In this document: positions 11,581-23,580 of the stretch, in pieces | Layout of the letters: each line of letters opens with the position of its first letter | How positions within the stretch are numbered: position 1 is the stretch's first letter | Assembly (NCBI RefSeq): GCF_009834535.1 | Contig: NC_045696.1 | Location: forward strand, 108,130,001 to 108,194,000 | From: Camelus ferus | Taxonomy: Eukaryota | Length of the DNA stretch: 64,000 nt | Reading direction: 5' to 3' | The notes under the pieces: model-generated | What the model saw: the letters and a program-made list of their open reading frames with translations, nothing else | The model's database searches: none | Told to the model about the DNA's origin: nothing | Translations under genes and position numbers: made by a program

Positions 11581-12059
11581 AAGGGCTTACTGTCTTCCGA
11601 GATACTGAACTAGTTTGGAGGATGAACTATAGCCCACAAAAGTGGATCTCTGCTGCAGGGTGGTGGGCCATTGTCTTGGGCATTTAGTGTTGTCTCAGAA
11701 GAAATCTTGGAGTACAGCTTCCTCAACAAGGGCTGAACTAACTTCTGGCTGAGCTCTGTCCTCTTAGATTACAGAAAAATGGTTAGACCAACAATACCTA
11801 GTCCTCAAAATGACACCGAGTTGGGGAAGGCAAACTGGCAAACTGGCAAACTGGTAAGGAGGGAAGAGTGTTATCGGTTGAGCTGCTCACACTGGGCGCA
11901 AGCAAGATGAAAAGAAATCACAGAGCAAAGAAGCAAACATACCACAGGAAAATCAATCAGTCAAAAAGTCAGGTGTGGCCTGGGAAAAGTCAGGTGAAGA
12001 ATCCAGTCTGGAAGAAACACAAATCAGGCGACAGACATGGCTTCCCCATGAATGCTTTC

Positions 12060-13250
12060 CTTTAGAGAATAAATTAAGGATTAGAAATGTGATCAACAAG
12101 AGCTGAAAGATGAGATGATAAAACAATAGAATGAGTTATAAAAGGAGATTGCAGACCTAAGGAGATGAATTGAAATAAAGTAACATAAAAAAAGCAAGAA
12201 ACAAAATGACATCGCTAAAAACTGAATTAATGACATGAAGGAAAAGCTAGAGATTATCACAGTGAATGCAGAGAAGAAGAAAAAAGACTAAACAATTAGA
12301 AGGAAGAGGAGGTAAGAAAAAGATGATTCAAAAGCAAGGTAATAGGTGTCCCTGAAGTAGAGAATCCAAAAAGAAAGAATTCAGAGAAGATTTAAACCTT
12401 CAGATCTGCGTGTGGAAGGGTTCGCCACATGCCAGGGAAGAGAGATGGAGAATGACTGACAGCAAGGATTTTTCTTGGTTAAGTTATTGAACATAAAGCA
12501 TAAAGAAGGCATTCCTCAGGCATCTAGGCACAATGTAATTCCTGGCAGTGGGGAAGAGTAGGCTATCCTATACACTATGATACCTTCCTAAGTTCAAAGA
12601 TAAGGAGCAAAGTTTATAAAGTTCTGAGGTTTGGAAAATGAGATCTAAGAAAACTACATGCAGCCAAGGAGTTGCCCACATGTGAAGGCAACAGACAAGC
12701 AGTCTTAAATATGAAATCCTGGCGGGAGTTGGTCACCCATTATCTGCTTACATAAACCCAGAACTCTTTGGCTATGAGATCAGGTTTGCAAGGCTGGAAA
12801 AAAGGATTAGTGGTGAGCCATGAATTCATTTGCATTAAAAACTAATTTTTTCTAAGCAAATTAAGATTGCATCATAGAATGCTACTATTATAAACTCTGG
12901 CGAAGTAAACCAACCTAATCAGTAGACATTGGCGGGGAGGGGGAGGGAAGGTGGGAGGAAGTGTGAGAGTGTTACCACTTTCATACTGCTTGGAGCACAA
13001 GTTAGCCAACACTATTTAAAATTCTTGTTAAAAACTATGACTACAATAGCCAATACTATTTAAAATTCTTGTTAAAAAATGACTACAACTTCTTAATGGT
13101 GTTTGTGACATTTAAAAATTTTCTTTAACCTTAGAGTAATTTTTAAGTTAATGAAGAAACATTTGATGTACTATAAACTCTTTCAAGTTTCCTGCAGTTT
13201 CTTTCTCTTCTGTTAAATTCAAGAAAAAAAATTAAATTTACAAATAGCAT
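12060..13250 (+). mobile_element. Very old L1/HAL1-like ORF1 remnant
   Basis: A-rich sequence with degenerate ORF1-like motifs (taataggtgtccctgaagtagagaa, aaaccttcagatc); subfamily uncertain. Confidence 0.5.
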
Positions 13251-13469
13251 TCATAGAGTCATCTCATTTTTAGAATTGTCTCCCTGTCTCTATTGCCCCA
13301 CCTTTCTTTTTCTCTCTTTTTTCCTGACATCTGTGTAAATATCGGAGAGCGGCTGCAAAGGTGATCATAGAAACGAACACTGATTATTTCTGATTGGTGA
13401 GATTTCCAGTGACTTGTTGATTTCTTCTTTGTACTTTTCTGCGTATCTTGCCTTCAAAAATGATAAATA

Positions 13470-13650
13470 TGAGATAAACAACAAGTTTCTTCTGTACAGC
13501 ACAGGAAACTGTATTCAACATCTTGTAGTAACCTATAATGGAAAAGAATATGAAAATGAATATATGTATGACTGAAACATTATGCTGCACACCAAAAATC
13601 AACACATTGTAAACTGACTATACTTCAATAAAATAAATAAATAAATAAAA
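13470..13650 (+). mobile_element. Young L1 3' end with (AAAT)n tail
   Basis: gataaacaacaag...ctgtacagcacaggaaactgtattcaacatcttgtagtaacctataatggaaaagaatatg...gactatacttcaataaaataaat. Confidence 0.85.
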
Positions 13651-13848
13651 GTAAGGAGTATGGACCATTATAAAACATTTGTTATTTTCCCCCAAAATGT
13701 TATACATGCTCTTTGCAGAAAATTTCAAACATACAGATAAAAAAAGGAAAGAAAAAGCCCTGTCAGCTGTATCTACCATGGTAGCCTGTTCTCTTGGTGC
13801 TTCATGGTCCTGTGTGGTCTCCTCACACACTGACTCTGGGCATGGCCA

Positions 13849-14220
13849 TGTGCCATGGTTAATTTTATCTGACCCCCTGGCTAGGCTATGGTGCCCAGAT
13901 TTTTGGTCAAATACAAGTCTAGGTGCTGGCTGTGAAGGTATTTTTTAAAGATGTGATTAATATTTAAATCAGTCAACTTTGAGCAAAGCAGATTGCCCTT
14001 CATACTGTGGGTGGGTCTCATCTGATCAACTGCAGGACATAAGAACAAAGACCAAGGTTTTCTGAGGAAGATGAATTCTCCTCAAGATTGAAACATAGAA
14101 GCCCTGCCTGAGTTTTCAGCCTTCTGCCCTGTGGAATTCAGACTCAAATTTGCAACATCAACTCTTACCTTAATTTCCAGTCTGTCATGTCCTGCCCTGT
14201 GCATTTCAGATTTGCCATCT
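13849..14220 (+). mobile_element. MLT2D-like ERVL LTR
   Basis: atggttaattttat...ggctaggctatggtgcccagatttttggtcaaatacaagtctaggtg. Confidence 0.75.
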
Positions 14221-14620
14221 TTGGCTAATGGGGCATTAGCAAATGTAACACAAGCACATACTTAATAAGTACTTGCATATTAAGGGTCATTTTTTCGGAA
14301 GACGTCCTCTTGGAGCCTGGAACCTCTATGTAAAGAGGTCTGACTGTTCTGATGGAAGACCATGGAGAAAGAGAGAGAGGTTCAGGCAACCCCTAACTGT
14401 TCCTGTTATCCCAGCTGAGGGGCCAGGCAGGTGAATGAAGTTGTCTTGGACTTTCAGTCTCAATCATGTCACCGGTGATTGAAGCTGTGTAAGTGACTCC
14501 AGGAGAAACCAGCAGAAGAATTATCCAGACTGTAGAATCATGAACAAATAAGTCATCACTGTTTTAAGCCACTAATTTTGGGGGTGATCTGTTACTTAGT
14601 AATAGATAACTTATGTAACT
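14221..14620 (+). mobile_element. MaLR MLT1G/H-like LTR fragment; a second MLT1 3' end lies at ~14875-15005
   Basis: MLT1 3' end gttttaagccactaattttgggggtgatctgttacttagtaatagataac. Confidence 0.7.
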
Positions 14621-15423
14621 CCAATTACCATTTTGGTATAGTGCTTTTGGTCTTTTTATATAATTTAGACATTCTAAAGAAATTGGAATCGTATTCTATT
14701 TATAATTTTACATCATGCTTTATTGGTGACATGATCAATTTCCTATGTTACTAAAAGTTTCTCTTAAACCTCAGTTTTAATGGATACATTTTTGTCCATT
14801 TCCTATTATTGCACACTTAGATTGTCTAATATTTTGCAATCATAAACAACACTATGATAAATGTTCTTGTACATGTTACCAGAATCACCTAGCTAAGCAA
14901 CTCCTGTATTCTAGGCTCGTGGAAACTGTATAAGATAATAATCCATGTTTGTTATTTTAAGCCACTAAGTAATGGGATCATTTCTTATGCAGCAATTAAT
15001 AGCTCATACAGGACCCCTTGGGACTTTTGGGGTTCTCACCTTTAAAGCAGGAAAACTTACCACAAGTTTTGTTCCTTGTAACCCAACTCTTAGCACTGAC
15101 TAACTCTACCAGTATTAACGGAGGGAGAATTTGGACAATTTGCACCACACATACACTTCTTGGGCCTTTCTCTTCACAGCAGTGTCTTCCTAGACCTCTA
15201 TATCCTGATAACTCAGTAATATACATTGAAACTCCAACCCTAGTTTTTTCTCTGCATAGACATCAGGCTTATATTTCCAATTGCCCACCTCCTATTATCT
15301 CCTTTTGGATGTTCCTCAGGTATCCAAAATGAAGTTCATCATCTGTTACAGTCTCTTCCTCCTTTCTTATTTGCCTTGATTCAGAGGTGGGGCTAGACTG
15401 GGTGAGAAATGGGCATGCGACAC

Positions 15424-15982
15424 TGTATTAGTTACCTATTGCCGTGTAACAACTTACCCCAAAATGTAGTGGCTTAAAAAAAAAAACACAAGCATTTGTT
15501 ATCTTGCACAGCTTCTGAGAGTCAGGAATGTGAGAGTAGATTACCTGGGTGGTTCTGGATCAGACTCTCTTATGAGGTAACAGTCAAGACATTCTCTGGG
15601 ATCGCAGTATTCTGAAGATTGCCTGGAGATGAAGGGTTTGCTCCCAAGATGGCTCACTCACATAGTCATTGGTTGGAAGTCTCCGGTTTTGCTGGCTGTT
15701 GGAAGAAGGCCTGCACTCTTCACCACGTGGACCTCACCAGAGAGCTGCTTGAGTATGCTCACAATATGGCCGCTAGCTTTCCCCAGAGCAAGCAATCTGA
15801 GAGCAAGACAGAAACTGTGATGTCTTTGATGACCTAGCATTGAAAGTCACATGCCATCACTTCTTCCATATTCTTTTGGTCATGCAGATCAACTTAGACA
15901 CGAAGTGGAAGCCAATTCATGAAGCTGTTACTGTGGGAATGAACCTACTCCATTTGGAGCCATCCGGAGATTGGTGACCACA
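15424..15982 (-). mobile_element. MaLR MLT1F-like solo LTR
   Basis: TG...CA termini (tgtattagttacctattgc...gtgaccaca); 5-bp TSD GACAC (15419-15423) / GATAC (15983-15987). Confidence 0.85.
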
Positions 15983-16388
15983 GATACCATTCTTGTGCCC
16001 ATGGTTTTAGAACTGAGACAATGACTATAGGGAGTCTGCTGCAGGGATTCCAGGCCAGTTGTGCCAGGATAAAGTGTTTGGAGCCAGATCACTTAATTGA
16101 GATAAGAAAAAATGAGAGGGGAAAGCCAAGATGAGACCTAGAGCTGTATTAAGGGCCAAAGTTACTGTAAGTTTAACCTGGATGTGTGTGTAGGAATATT
16201 CCTTGCAGAGAGGTGGAAATAGAAAAAGACCTTAAGAGGGATCTGTAATCTTGATTGTCACCACTACAGGGAACAGCTCTTCCCTCACCCACTCTGTTCT
16301 GCAGCCTGACCCGGTTAACTGTTTGCAGTGAGTAAGTATCCTGCCTCTGTTTGGACTTTTCCCATGTTGTTCTCTGTAACTGGAGCAC

Positions 16389-16880
16389 TGTCTTAGTTTG
16401 CGATGGCCCAGCTGCAGCCCATGAGACAAAGACTGTTAGTGCAAGCAGTTCATTTGGAAGGTGATCTCATGAGGTTCTGGTGGTTGATAGTGAATTGCTT
16501 TGGTAAGAGAGAGGGAAGGCAGTCAAGCAAGCAAGTTGGTCCTATGGGCATCTGGCTTAATCCTTCTGGAGATCTCTGGGGGAGAGGTTAGAGCAGTGAA
16601 GAACTGGCCTCTGAGTCACCCTACCTGAGAGATGAGATTCCTGGAGTGCTTACCCACCAACTTCCATCTGTCGTTGGTCGAGAGCTTCTCCCAGGAGGAG
16701 TTAATTCTCTGGCACTCTTGCCTACCACTCAGGACGGCAGAGCTTACCCACAGCTGGATGAAGCCTTTGGCCTCAGACTTGCAGGTGCTGGCAGTAGGAA
16801 GTCAGAAGTTGGAAGTTGGGCCTGCAGGGATGGGTTAAGTGGCAGGGAGATATGGGAGGGGCACCAGAGTATTTTCTGTG
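16389..16880 (-). mobile_element. LTR16-family ERVL LTR
   Basis: tgtcttagtttg...gcagcccatgagacaaagactgttagtgcaagcagttcatttggaaggtgatc is the antisense LTR16-type 3' end. Confidence 0.6.
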
Positions 16881-16889
16881 AGTATCATT

Positions 16890-17170
16890 AGAATTCAAGT
16901 CAGGCACCACCTCCTGTGAGAATCTCTCCATGGCCCCTCATTTTCTCTACCACCGATGGGGGTGAGTGCCCCCCTGCTTTGCTCCCATCCCGACTCCCCT
17001 TCACTTGATTGTAACTGTTGGCATCTTTCCCACAAAACCTTGCAGACTGAAGATACACACCGAGTCTTCCATCTCAGTATCCCTGCGGTGCCTAGAAAAA
17101 GTCCTGGCCCAGAATTTGGCACATAGTGGGTGCTCAATATATCTTGAATGAATGAAGGAATGAATGAATA
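16890..17170 (+). mobile_element. L2 3' end
   Basis: tggcacatagtgggtgctcaatatatcttgaatgaatgaaggaatgaatgaat. Confidence 0.8.
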
Positions 17171-18565
17171 AGAATTTCTCTTCATCATGTAGAATGGGAT
17201 TGGTAATGCTCTCTGTGTTCCTGTGTCTAAAAGCTTTAACATAAATTATTACTATTTCTGCTCTTCTGGGCTTATGTTGTGGGAATGATTTCCTACAGGG
17301 GGGTCTTCCAGGTGCAGGAAAAGCACTAACATGTTTATGGTGTACCAGCTGGCACATCCGGCCCCGGCTGATTCACCGCTGAGCCTCCCCCTGGGTCCTG
17401 GGAGAAGAGCTGGGGAAAGGGCGTGAGTGGCTGCCACGCAGCGCTCTCTGTCTGGAAACCCCTCATGCAGGGGGAGGCTGGGGCAGGAGGAAGGGCAAGG
17501 TTTCTGCCTAGACTGAGAACGACCCCAGAAATCCCATCTAGTCTCATTTTCGGTGCTCGTGATTTACTCATCTTTACAGCCACTTAGCACTCCGGGAAGG
17601 ATGCATTGTCTCCGAGTAGAGAGAAGCAGTGATGATTTGGCTGTTATTATGGATAATAATTGTGTTTGCTGTCTGTGCTGCCTGGGCTGATTCAGGAGCT
17701 TTGTTACCATGGCTATCATTTTAAATATTTTAATTAATGATACTTTGCTGTGCTCATGCCTTGAGGCTTCTTAAGCAAAATGAGCAATTAAAAAAAAAAC
17801 ACAAAAAGCAACTGAATGAAAATAAAAGGAAGGGCATTTAAAAGAATCATTCTGTTTCTATGATGTTTCAGGCTTGAAAAATGTATTCCACTGCCTGCTG
17901 CAGGCAAGAGAATATTCTCACTGCTGCCGCCTGTTATCTTTTGCTTCCATAGTCATCCATCTCCTGGGGCTGCTGAGTGACATGGAATATACATAAAGCA
18001 TCATCAAGAAGAACAGGAGGGGAGGAAAAGGGTCAAACCGAGGCCTGAAGGGTCCAGCAAACTTCGAGCCCCATGCTTTTAAAAGTACGCCATCATTATC
18101 CATCATTACCATTGATCAGTGCTATCAACTGTTTTCATACTTTCCCAATATTGGAATATCATTGAGAAGACACCAAAAACTGGCCACTAAGTAAGATCTT
18201 TCAATGTACTAACTGGAAATGGTTCTGGCCGAGTGATCACCAGCCTCAGGATGTTCTGGGAGGCTCATGGGTGAATCCCTGAGAGACAGACCAGTAGGGT
18301 AGGTGATCTTCTGAAACGTTACTGTTTTGTTTTCATGTTGAGGGGATATGGAGACAAGAAGGAATAATTGGCAGAATTTCCCTGCACATCTCACCACCAC
18401 CAGAGTTCTCTGGTCCAAGCTGAGATTTCAAACTCCTGGGCCTGCATGACTTTAAGATGGCGACATCAAACATGAAAATTTGACTTCCGGTCTCTTCAGA
18501 GTTCAGAAGATCTGCCCACCCCAGCCCCCAGGGCAACACTGGGCTGGAGCTAGCGCTGGCCTCTC

Positions 18566-18954
18566 TGGGATGTGCTGGAATGGGCTCCCACCAGCCCGTG
18601 AGAGAGACATTACCTTCTCAGCTCTGTTCATGACTTCACGGTGGTAGCTTGACGTCTTTGAGAGCAGCCATGGTAGGAGTATTTACATCAGGAAAACTGG
18701 CAAATACTACTGGTTATTTGGAGGGTGGGGTGGGGGGAGGAGATTATTAGACGTATGTATGTATGTATGTATGTATGTATGTATGTATGTATGTTTATTT
18801 GTTTGTATGTATTTATTTATTTAATGGAGGGACTGGGGATTGAACCCATGACCTTGTGCATGCTGAGCATGCGCTCTACCACTGAGCTGTACCCTCCTGC
18901 CTGTTTTTTTTTCCTTAGACAGCCCTTTGTTAAACATTTGCCAGCATACCAGTG
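18566..18954. mobile_element. MER63-like hAT MITE, split by a Vic-1 SINE
   Basis: tgtgctggaatgggctcccaccagcccgtgagag...ccatggtaggagtatttaca...tgttaaacatttgccagcataccagtg match recalled MER63 ends. Confidence 0.65.
18722..18899 (-). mobile_element. Vic-1-type SINE (camelid) with an internal (GTAT)10 microsatellite
   Basis: Reverse complement: ggagggtacagctcagtggtagagcgcatgctcagcatgcacaaggtcatgggttcaatccccagt; same family as 10057-10183. Confidence 0.85.
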
Positions 18955-19440
18955 AGGCCGCCCCTTCAGATGGATATGCTAGGGGTGCATTTTTCATGCC
19001 TACAGCACCCCATCATCTCCCTACAATGACGCTGAGTTGCTGACCTTGTCCCTGAGTTTTAGAACCTGAGTTTAGAATATTCTTACATATCTTTGTTGTG
19101 TTCCAGGGGCCTCTATGGAGAAAATCTTCTACCCCAGACCTTCATTTGGAAGGACAGGCTCAGAAAAAAAAGTCTCTGAAGAGGAGAAAGGGAAAGTTGA
19201 CTTCATGCTAGGAGAGCGAGTGGCCGCATCTATGGGGGTTGAAGGCTTCTGTGAGCCACGCAGGAGGAGACTTCCTTCTGGGAGGTGGGAGATATGAATC
19301 CCATGTGTGGCAGACACCCAGCCCGCATCTATGCAGTGTCCCAGGTGTATGCCCACGGGGTGGACCCTGGGCACCAAAGCCTGGGACGTCCCATACCACT
19401 TGTGCCCTGGGGATGGGAGAATGGGAGAGACACCCACTGG

Positions 19441-19586
19441 CAGGGCTGACGTCATGACCTGTGCAGTTGTACTTGGTTTAATGCCTCTGCCCTCTCTGTC
19501 TTGAAATTCTTAACAATTTTTGAACAAAGAGACCTGCAGTTTCATTTTGCACTGACTGCACCGTCCAAATGATGTAGTGAGTCCTG
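19441..19586. mobile_element. MER53 hAT MITE (internally deleted)
   Basis: CAGG...CCTG termini; body gtcttgaaattcttaacaatttttgaacaa...tttcattttgcactg; 8-bp TSD CCCACTGG (19433-19440) / TCCACTGG (19587-19594). Confidence 0.8.
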
Positions 19587-22569
19587 TCCACTGGGAACTG
19601 ACAATCAGAGACCTATCCCAATTGTTTTGGGCTGCATAACCTTTCACAGGGCTTCCTGTGCCATCCCAGGAGGTCCGGAGAGGGGTTCTGTAAAATTTCC
19701 CACAAATCCCTGTGGATGGGGCTGACTCAGATTTACACGATCAGAAACACAAAGAAACGTATTGTTTTTGGATGCAGAGCTGTCTTACCCACTGCACTAG
19801 GTGGACTGTTTTTTTTTTTGTTTGTTTGTTTTGTTTTTTAACCCTTGGATGAACTGAGAGTGCAGTCCTGAAATTTGGTCATATAGGAGTGAATGTGACA
19901 AGGCCTCTTCCCAAAGGAACCTCAGAGTCTAGTGAGACACGTGGAGGAAACCCACAGATCTTACCCCACGGAGCACAGCATAACTGAAGTCTGTGAAACG
20001 TGCCGTGGGGGTGCGGACGCAGGAGCTACGGATTCTGCATACACAGGATCAGGGAAATTTGTGGCAAGGCCCTGAAAGCGGATAGAGCTCTCTCGGTGGA
20101 GAGGGTGGGAAGGTGCAAGGCAGATGCTTGACTAGAATGCTCTTGTTTAGGTGTCTGCTGTGTTTGGATGGTGCTGCGGCTTTGAGCAGTGGTGAGGGCC
20201 ATCTAACAGCTTTGTACACACTTGAATCATTGCCTTGCACTGTGGCTGTGATGGCGTGACAACATCATTCTGGAGGCTGGTTCGACCACCTAGTTAGCAG
20301 GTCTTTCTCAATAATGTGGCGACATAACATTTGGAAATACTAGCAGATGTGTTTTCCCTACTACATCCCTTACCTGGTGACCCTTATCCTGTCTGGGCAG
20401 CTGGACCCCGGAGCATCCTTGCCTCAGGGAAGGGAAGTGACAGCACACGCACTCGCCAGGCGTTGGCTGTAAAAAGCCAAGACTGTGAGGGGCTTTGGGG
20501 AAGAGCGAAGTCAGAGGGAGTCACAGACAGCTTTTCTGAACCTAGGACGGCGTCTTCCCAGCCTGGGGGAAGGCAGAGCCAGAAGGGAAGAAGGAGGGGA
20601 GAGACGAGGGTCCCAATGACACAGCATTCTGTGACCACCCTTCTTCATCTCATCCTGAGAAGAGGAATGGAAGAGAGGATGTTGAAGGCAGTTACCCTCA
20701 GTCCTATTAAAGCTAACAACTGCTTTATGTAGTGACTATTTTGTGAAGTCTTCTTTACTCTCCTGAAATAAAATTATATTCATGGGTAATATAACTCCCA
20801 TCATTGTGACAACCAATTAATACGTCCACAGATTTCCAAAGTACCCCGTGGGGAATCATCAGTTTAGGGGTTTGCTTTCCTGAATAGGAAGTGGGAAAGG
20901 GAAAGACCCCAGACCAGGAGTAGCTGTGGGTGGGTGGGTGTGTGGGGGTGCTGGGAAAGATCTAAGGGAGCCCACAGGTAGTGTCCATTCATAAGGGTCC
21001 TTGGAGCTGCCAAATGCTGAGGTGGGGATGTGACAAGGTCACACTGTGCGTACTGGACGTCATCATGAAGTGGACATGGCAGAGGGGCTGGAAGGCAGCA
21101 GAGAGAAGCCAGATTCAGAAAAGCCTAATATTGGGAGAGAAGAATGGCCCAGCAGTGACCTGCGCGGCCTGACTACCCAAAGCAGGAGTGAGGCTGTCTC
21201 AGCCAATGGCAGTCTGGATACAGAGCTGCAGCCCAGCCACCTGCTCAAAGTCCCATGATAGTCGGAATTCTTCCACAAATGGAGTTTGTAGACCAACACT
21301 CTTACTCGCTACACTTATACTCAGAAGAATCCCTCTCTTGACAAAGTTCAGCCTCCCTCCCACCTCTCCTAATGTGGAGGGGTAGCCACAGCTGATGATT
21401 CATTGCCCAAGAACAAATCCCTGCTGCTTACAATCCAACTCTGCCCATCTCTTGGAAGATGAAGATTCTGGTGCTGTCTGAAAGTAGTCTGTGGGTTTTA
21501 TTAAACAGAAAATCTTTGAGAAAATATCTCAAGTGTAGATCTCTGGAAGGTAAGAAGTCACTGCCCCTTTAGGGGGACAATAATCACATAATCTCGCTTT
21601 CCTCTTTGCTGGAAGTGAAAGTGATGATGGTGGTGGACATATTTGCTTTCATGACAACAGAATGGAATTCAGAGGGAGACAACTCTTGATCTGAATTTTG
21701 ATTTAGTTTCTCAGGCTATTTCATCGAAACTCTTTTTTTTTTTCATCTGTAGAATGGGTGTAAGACTCCGATGTGATAATGTACAGAGAGCTCCTTGTCA
21801 TCCATAAAGTCGTGGTTGTTAATTATTGTCATGAAAATCACATCCAGAGCCGCTAATTTTTGCCATCCAGTGACCAGATAGGGGTAAGGAGATTTCCTCT
21901 GGGCTCAACAGTTTCTGCCTCAGATGATTATTAATTTAAGGGTTCTTTGATTGGCACTCGAAGCCAAAAAGGTTTCTTTGAAAGCAGTCTAGCCACGGAA
22001 AGATGTATTTCATTACGCACGTGAGTGAAATGTTAACTACTAACTGCGCAGGGACTGTTTCAGTAGGAGTTCAGTTTTGATCACTAGTACTTTTACGTTG
22101 GCCTTTGGTTAGGTTTTGAGTTGGAGGTGCATTTGTTAAAGACTTGTTTGAAACCCATGCATCTGTGCACGCAGGCATCCATCCAACCAGTAAAAGCATC
22201 TTCGTTGAAGTGTTTAATTTGTACAAGTGCCTGGGAGAAGTCCTGCGGGGATGCAGCCATGAGTCAGGTATAGCATTATTTTGGAGGCTGAGTATCAACC
22301 TCCTGGACTCTTGACTGGTTGCTGTTTCTATTCCTGGTGCTACTTCTTGCATCTGCATTAAAGATTGCATTAAAGATTGCATACTTTGTTTAGTTCAATT
22401 CTTTTATCGGTAATTCCTGGTTTTTTTTAAGGGGTGGATCATTTGGGCTGAAAAAGACCAGATTAGGGTAGTGTGATATCAAGAAGTCCTGTCTCCAAGA
22501 GTCAAGTGGTCGATCATGTGAAGGTATATCTTGTTCTTCTGTTTTATAGATTCACGAAAGTAAAATTAA

Positions 22570-23580
22570 GAATTAAAAAAAAAAAAAACCCAACAAAATG
22601 TTAGAAGAGTATGCACCCTTGGGGTGGGGAAGATCTAAAATAAACCAAGACGCCTACAATCCAAAGACGAAAACATCGACGTGTTTGATGAGGTAAGAAT
22701 TTTAAGCTTTTATGCCAAATGACACCATAAGCCAAGTCTAGAGACAGAATCTTGGGGGAGAGAGCCGCAACCCACGTGACGGGCAAAAGGTGAGTGCCAA
22801 GAGCCCCGCAGAATGTTAAGGAAAAGGCTTTACAGCCGTTAGAAGGAGGCGCAAAGCAAGTCATCCCTGAGGAAGCAAAAAGCGGCAAGTAAACATTTGA
22901 GAAGCCGGACAGCCTCACAGGAAATTAAGAGAATGCAGATGAAAGGAAAGGGAGAGCATCTTTACTCGGTCGGTCGGCCAGCAAAGCGTGGAGCGATCGA
23001 GGAATGCCGAACCTTGGGGGGGGGGGGGGGGTGAGGAAGCGAGCTCTTCGCCTGCTGTGTGTGGGACTGTGAGCGGCTACTACATACGGGGGAAGTAATT
23101 TAAACATATTTTTAGAAACAAAAACTGGCCATTTTTTGGATACAATAATCCCACTGTCGCAGAGAAATAAAGTGCTAATACTAAAGGAGAAATATATAAA
23201 TGTAGCTATTGAAGCAGTGATTATAAAAAAAATAGGGGCAGGGGGCTTGGGGAATGTGAATGCTCATCAGTTCAGGGATAAGTGGGTAACTTACTATCCC
23301 TGTCATGTGAAATATTTTAAAGCCATTAAAAAGCTTGACTTTTTATTATTATTTATATTATTTATATTATTGCCATGAGAGGATCCACATATAGCTGTTT
23401 GACAAAAATGTGTGCATATTGTTAAGGCTCAGGTAAAGTTGTGGGAACAAATATCTCAAACTACTGAGCTTGATGACCTCAAGGGGGTGAATCTGAAGAC
23501 AGGAGACTAATAATTGTCATTGTCACACGTTTCTGTTTTGTTTGAAAGCATTACAAGCAATACCTTCAAGATGAATAATG
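22570..23580 (+). mobile_element. Old L1ME ORF2 3' part and 3'UTR remnant (CpG-rich segment inside)
   Basis: Motif order follows the L1 ORF2 C-terminus (aaatgacaccataagccaagt, agtaaacatttgagaag, aattaagagaatgcagatgaaa, tttggatacaataatcccact). Confidence 0.6.

Noticed and set aside
11829..11854. Short tandem repeats (ggcaaact x3; also tgcattaaagat x2 at ~22354-22381) as a CRISPR-like or functional array
   Set aside because: No spacers and too few units; ordinary slippage duplications in a mammalian genome.
21951..21967. NFI full site TTGGC...GCCAA
   Set aside because: The spacer is 7 nt rather than the canonical 5.
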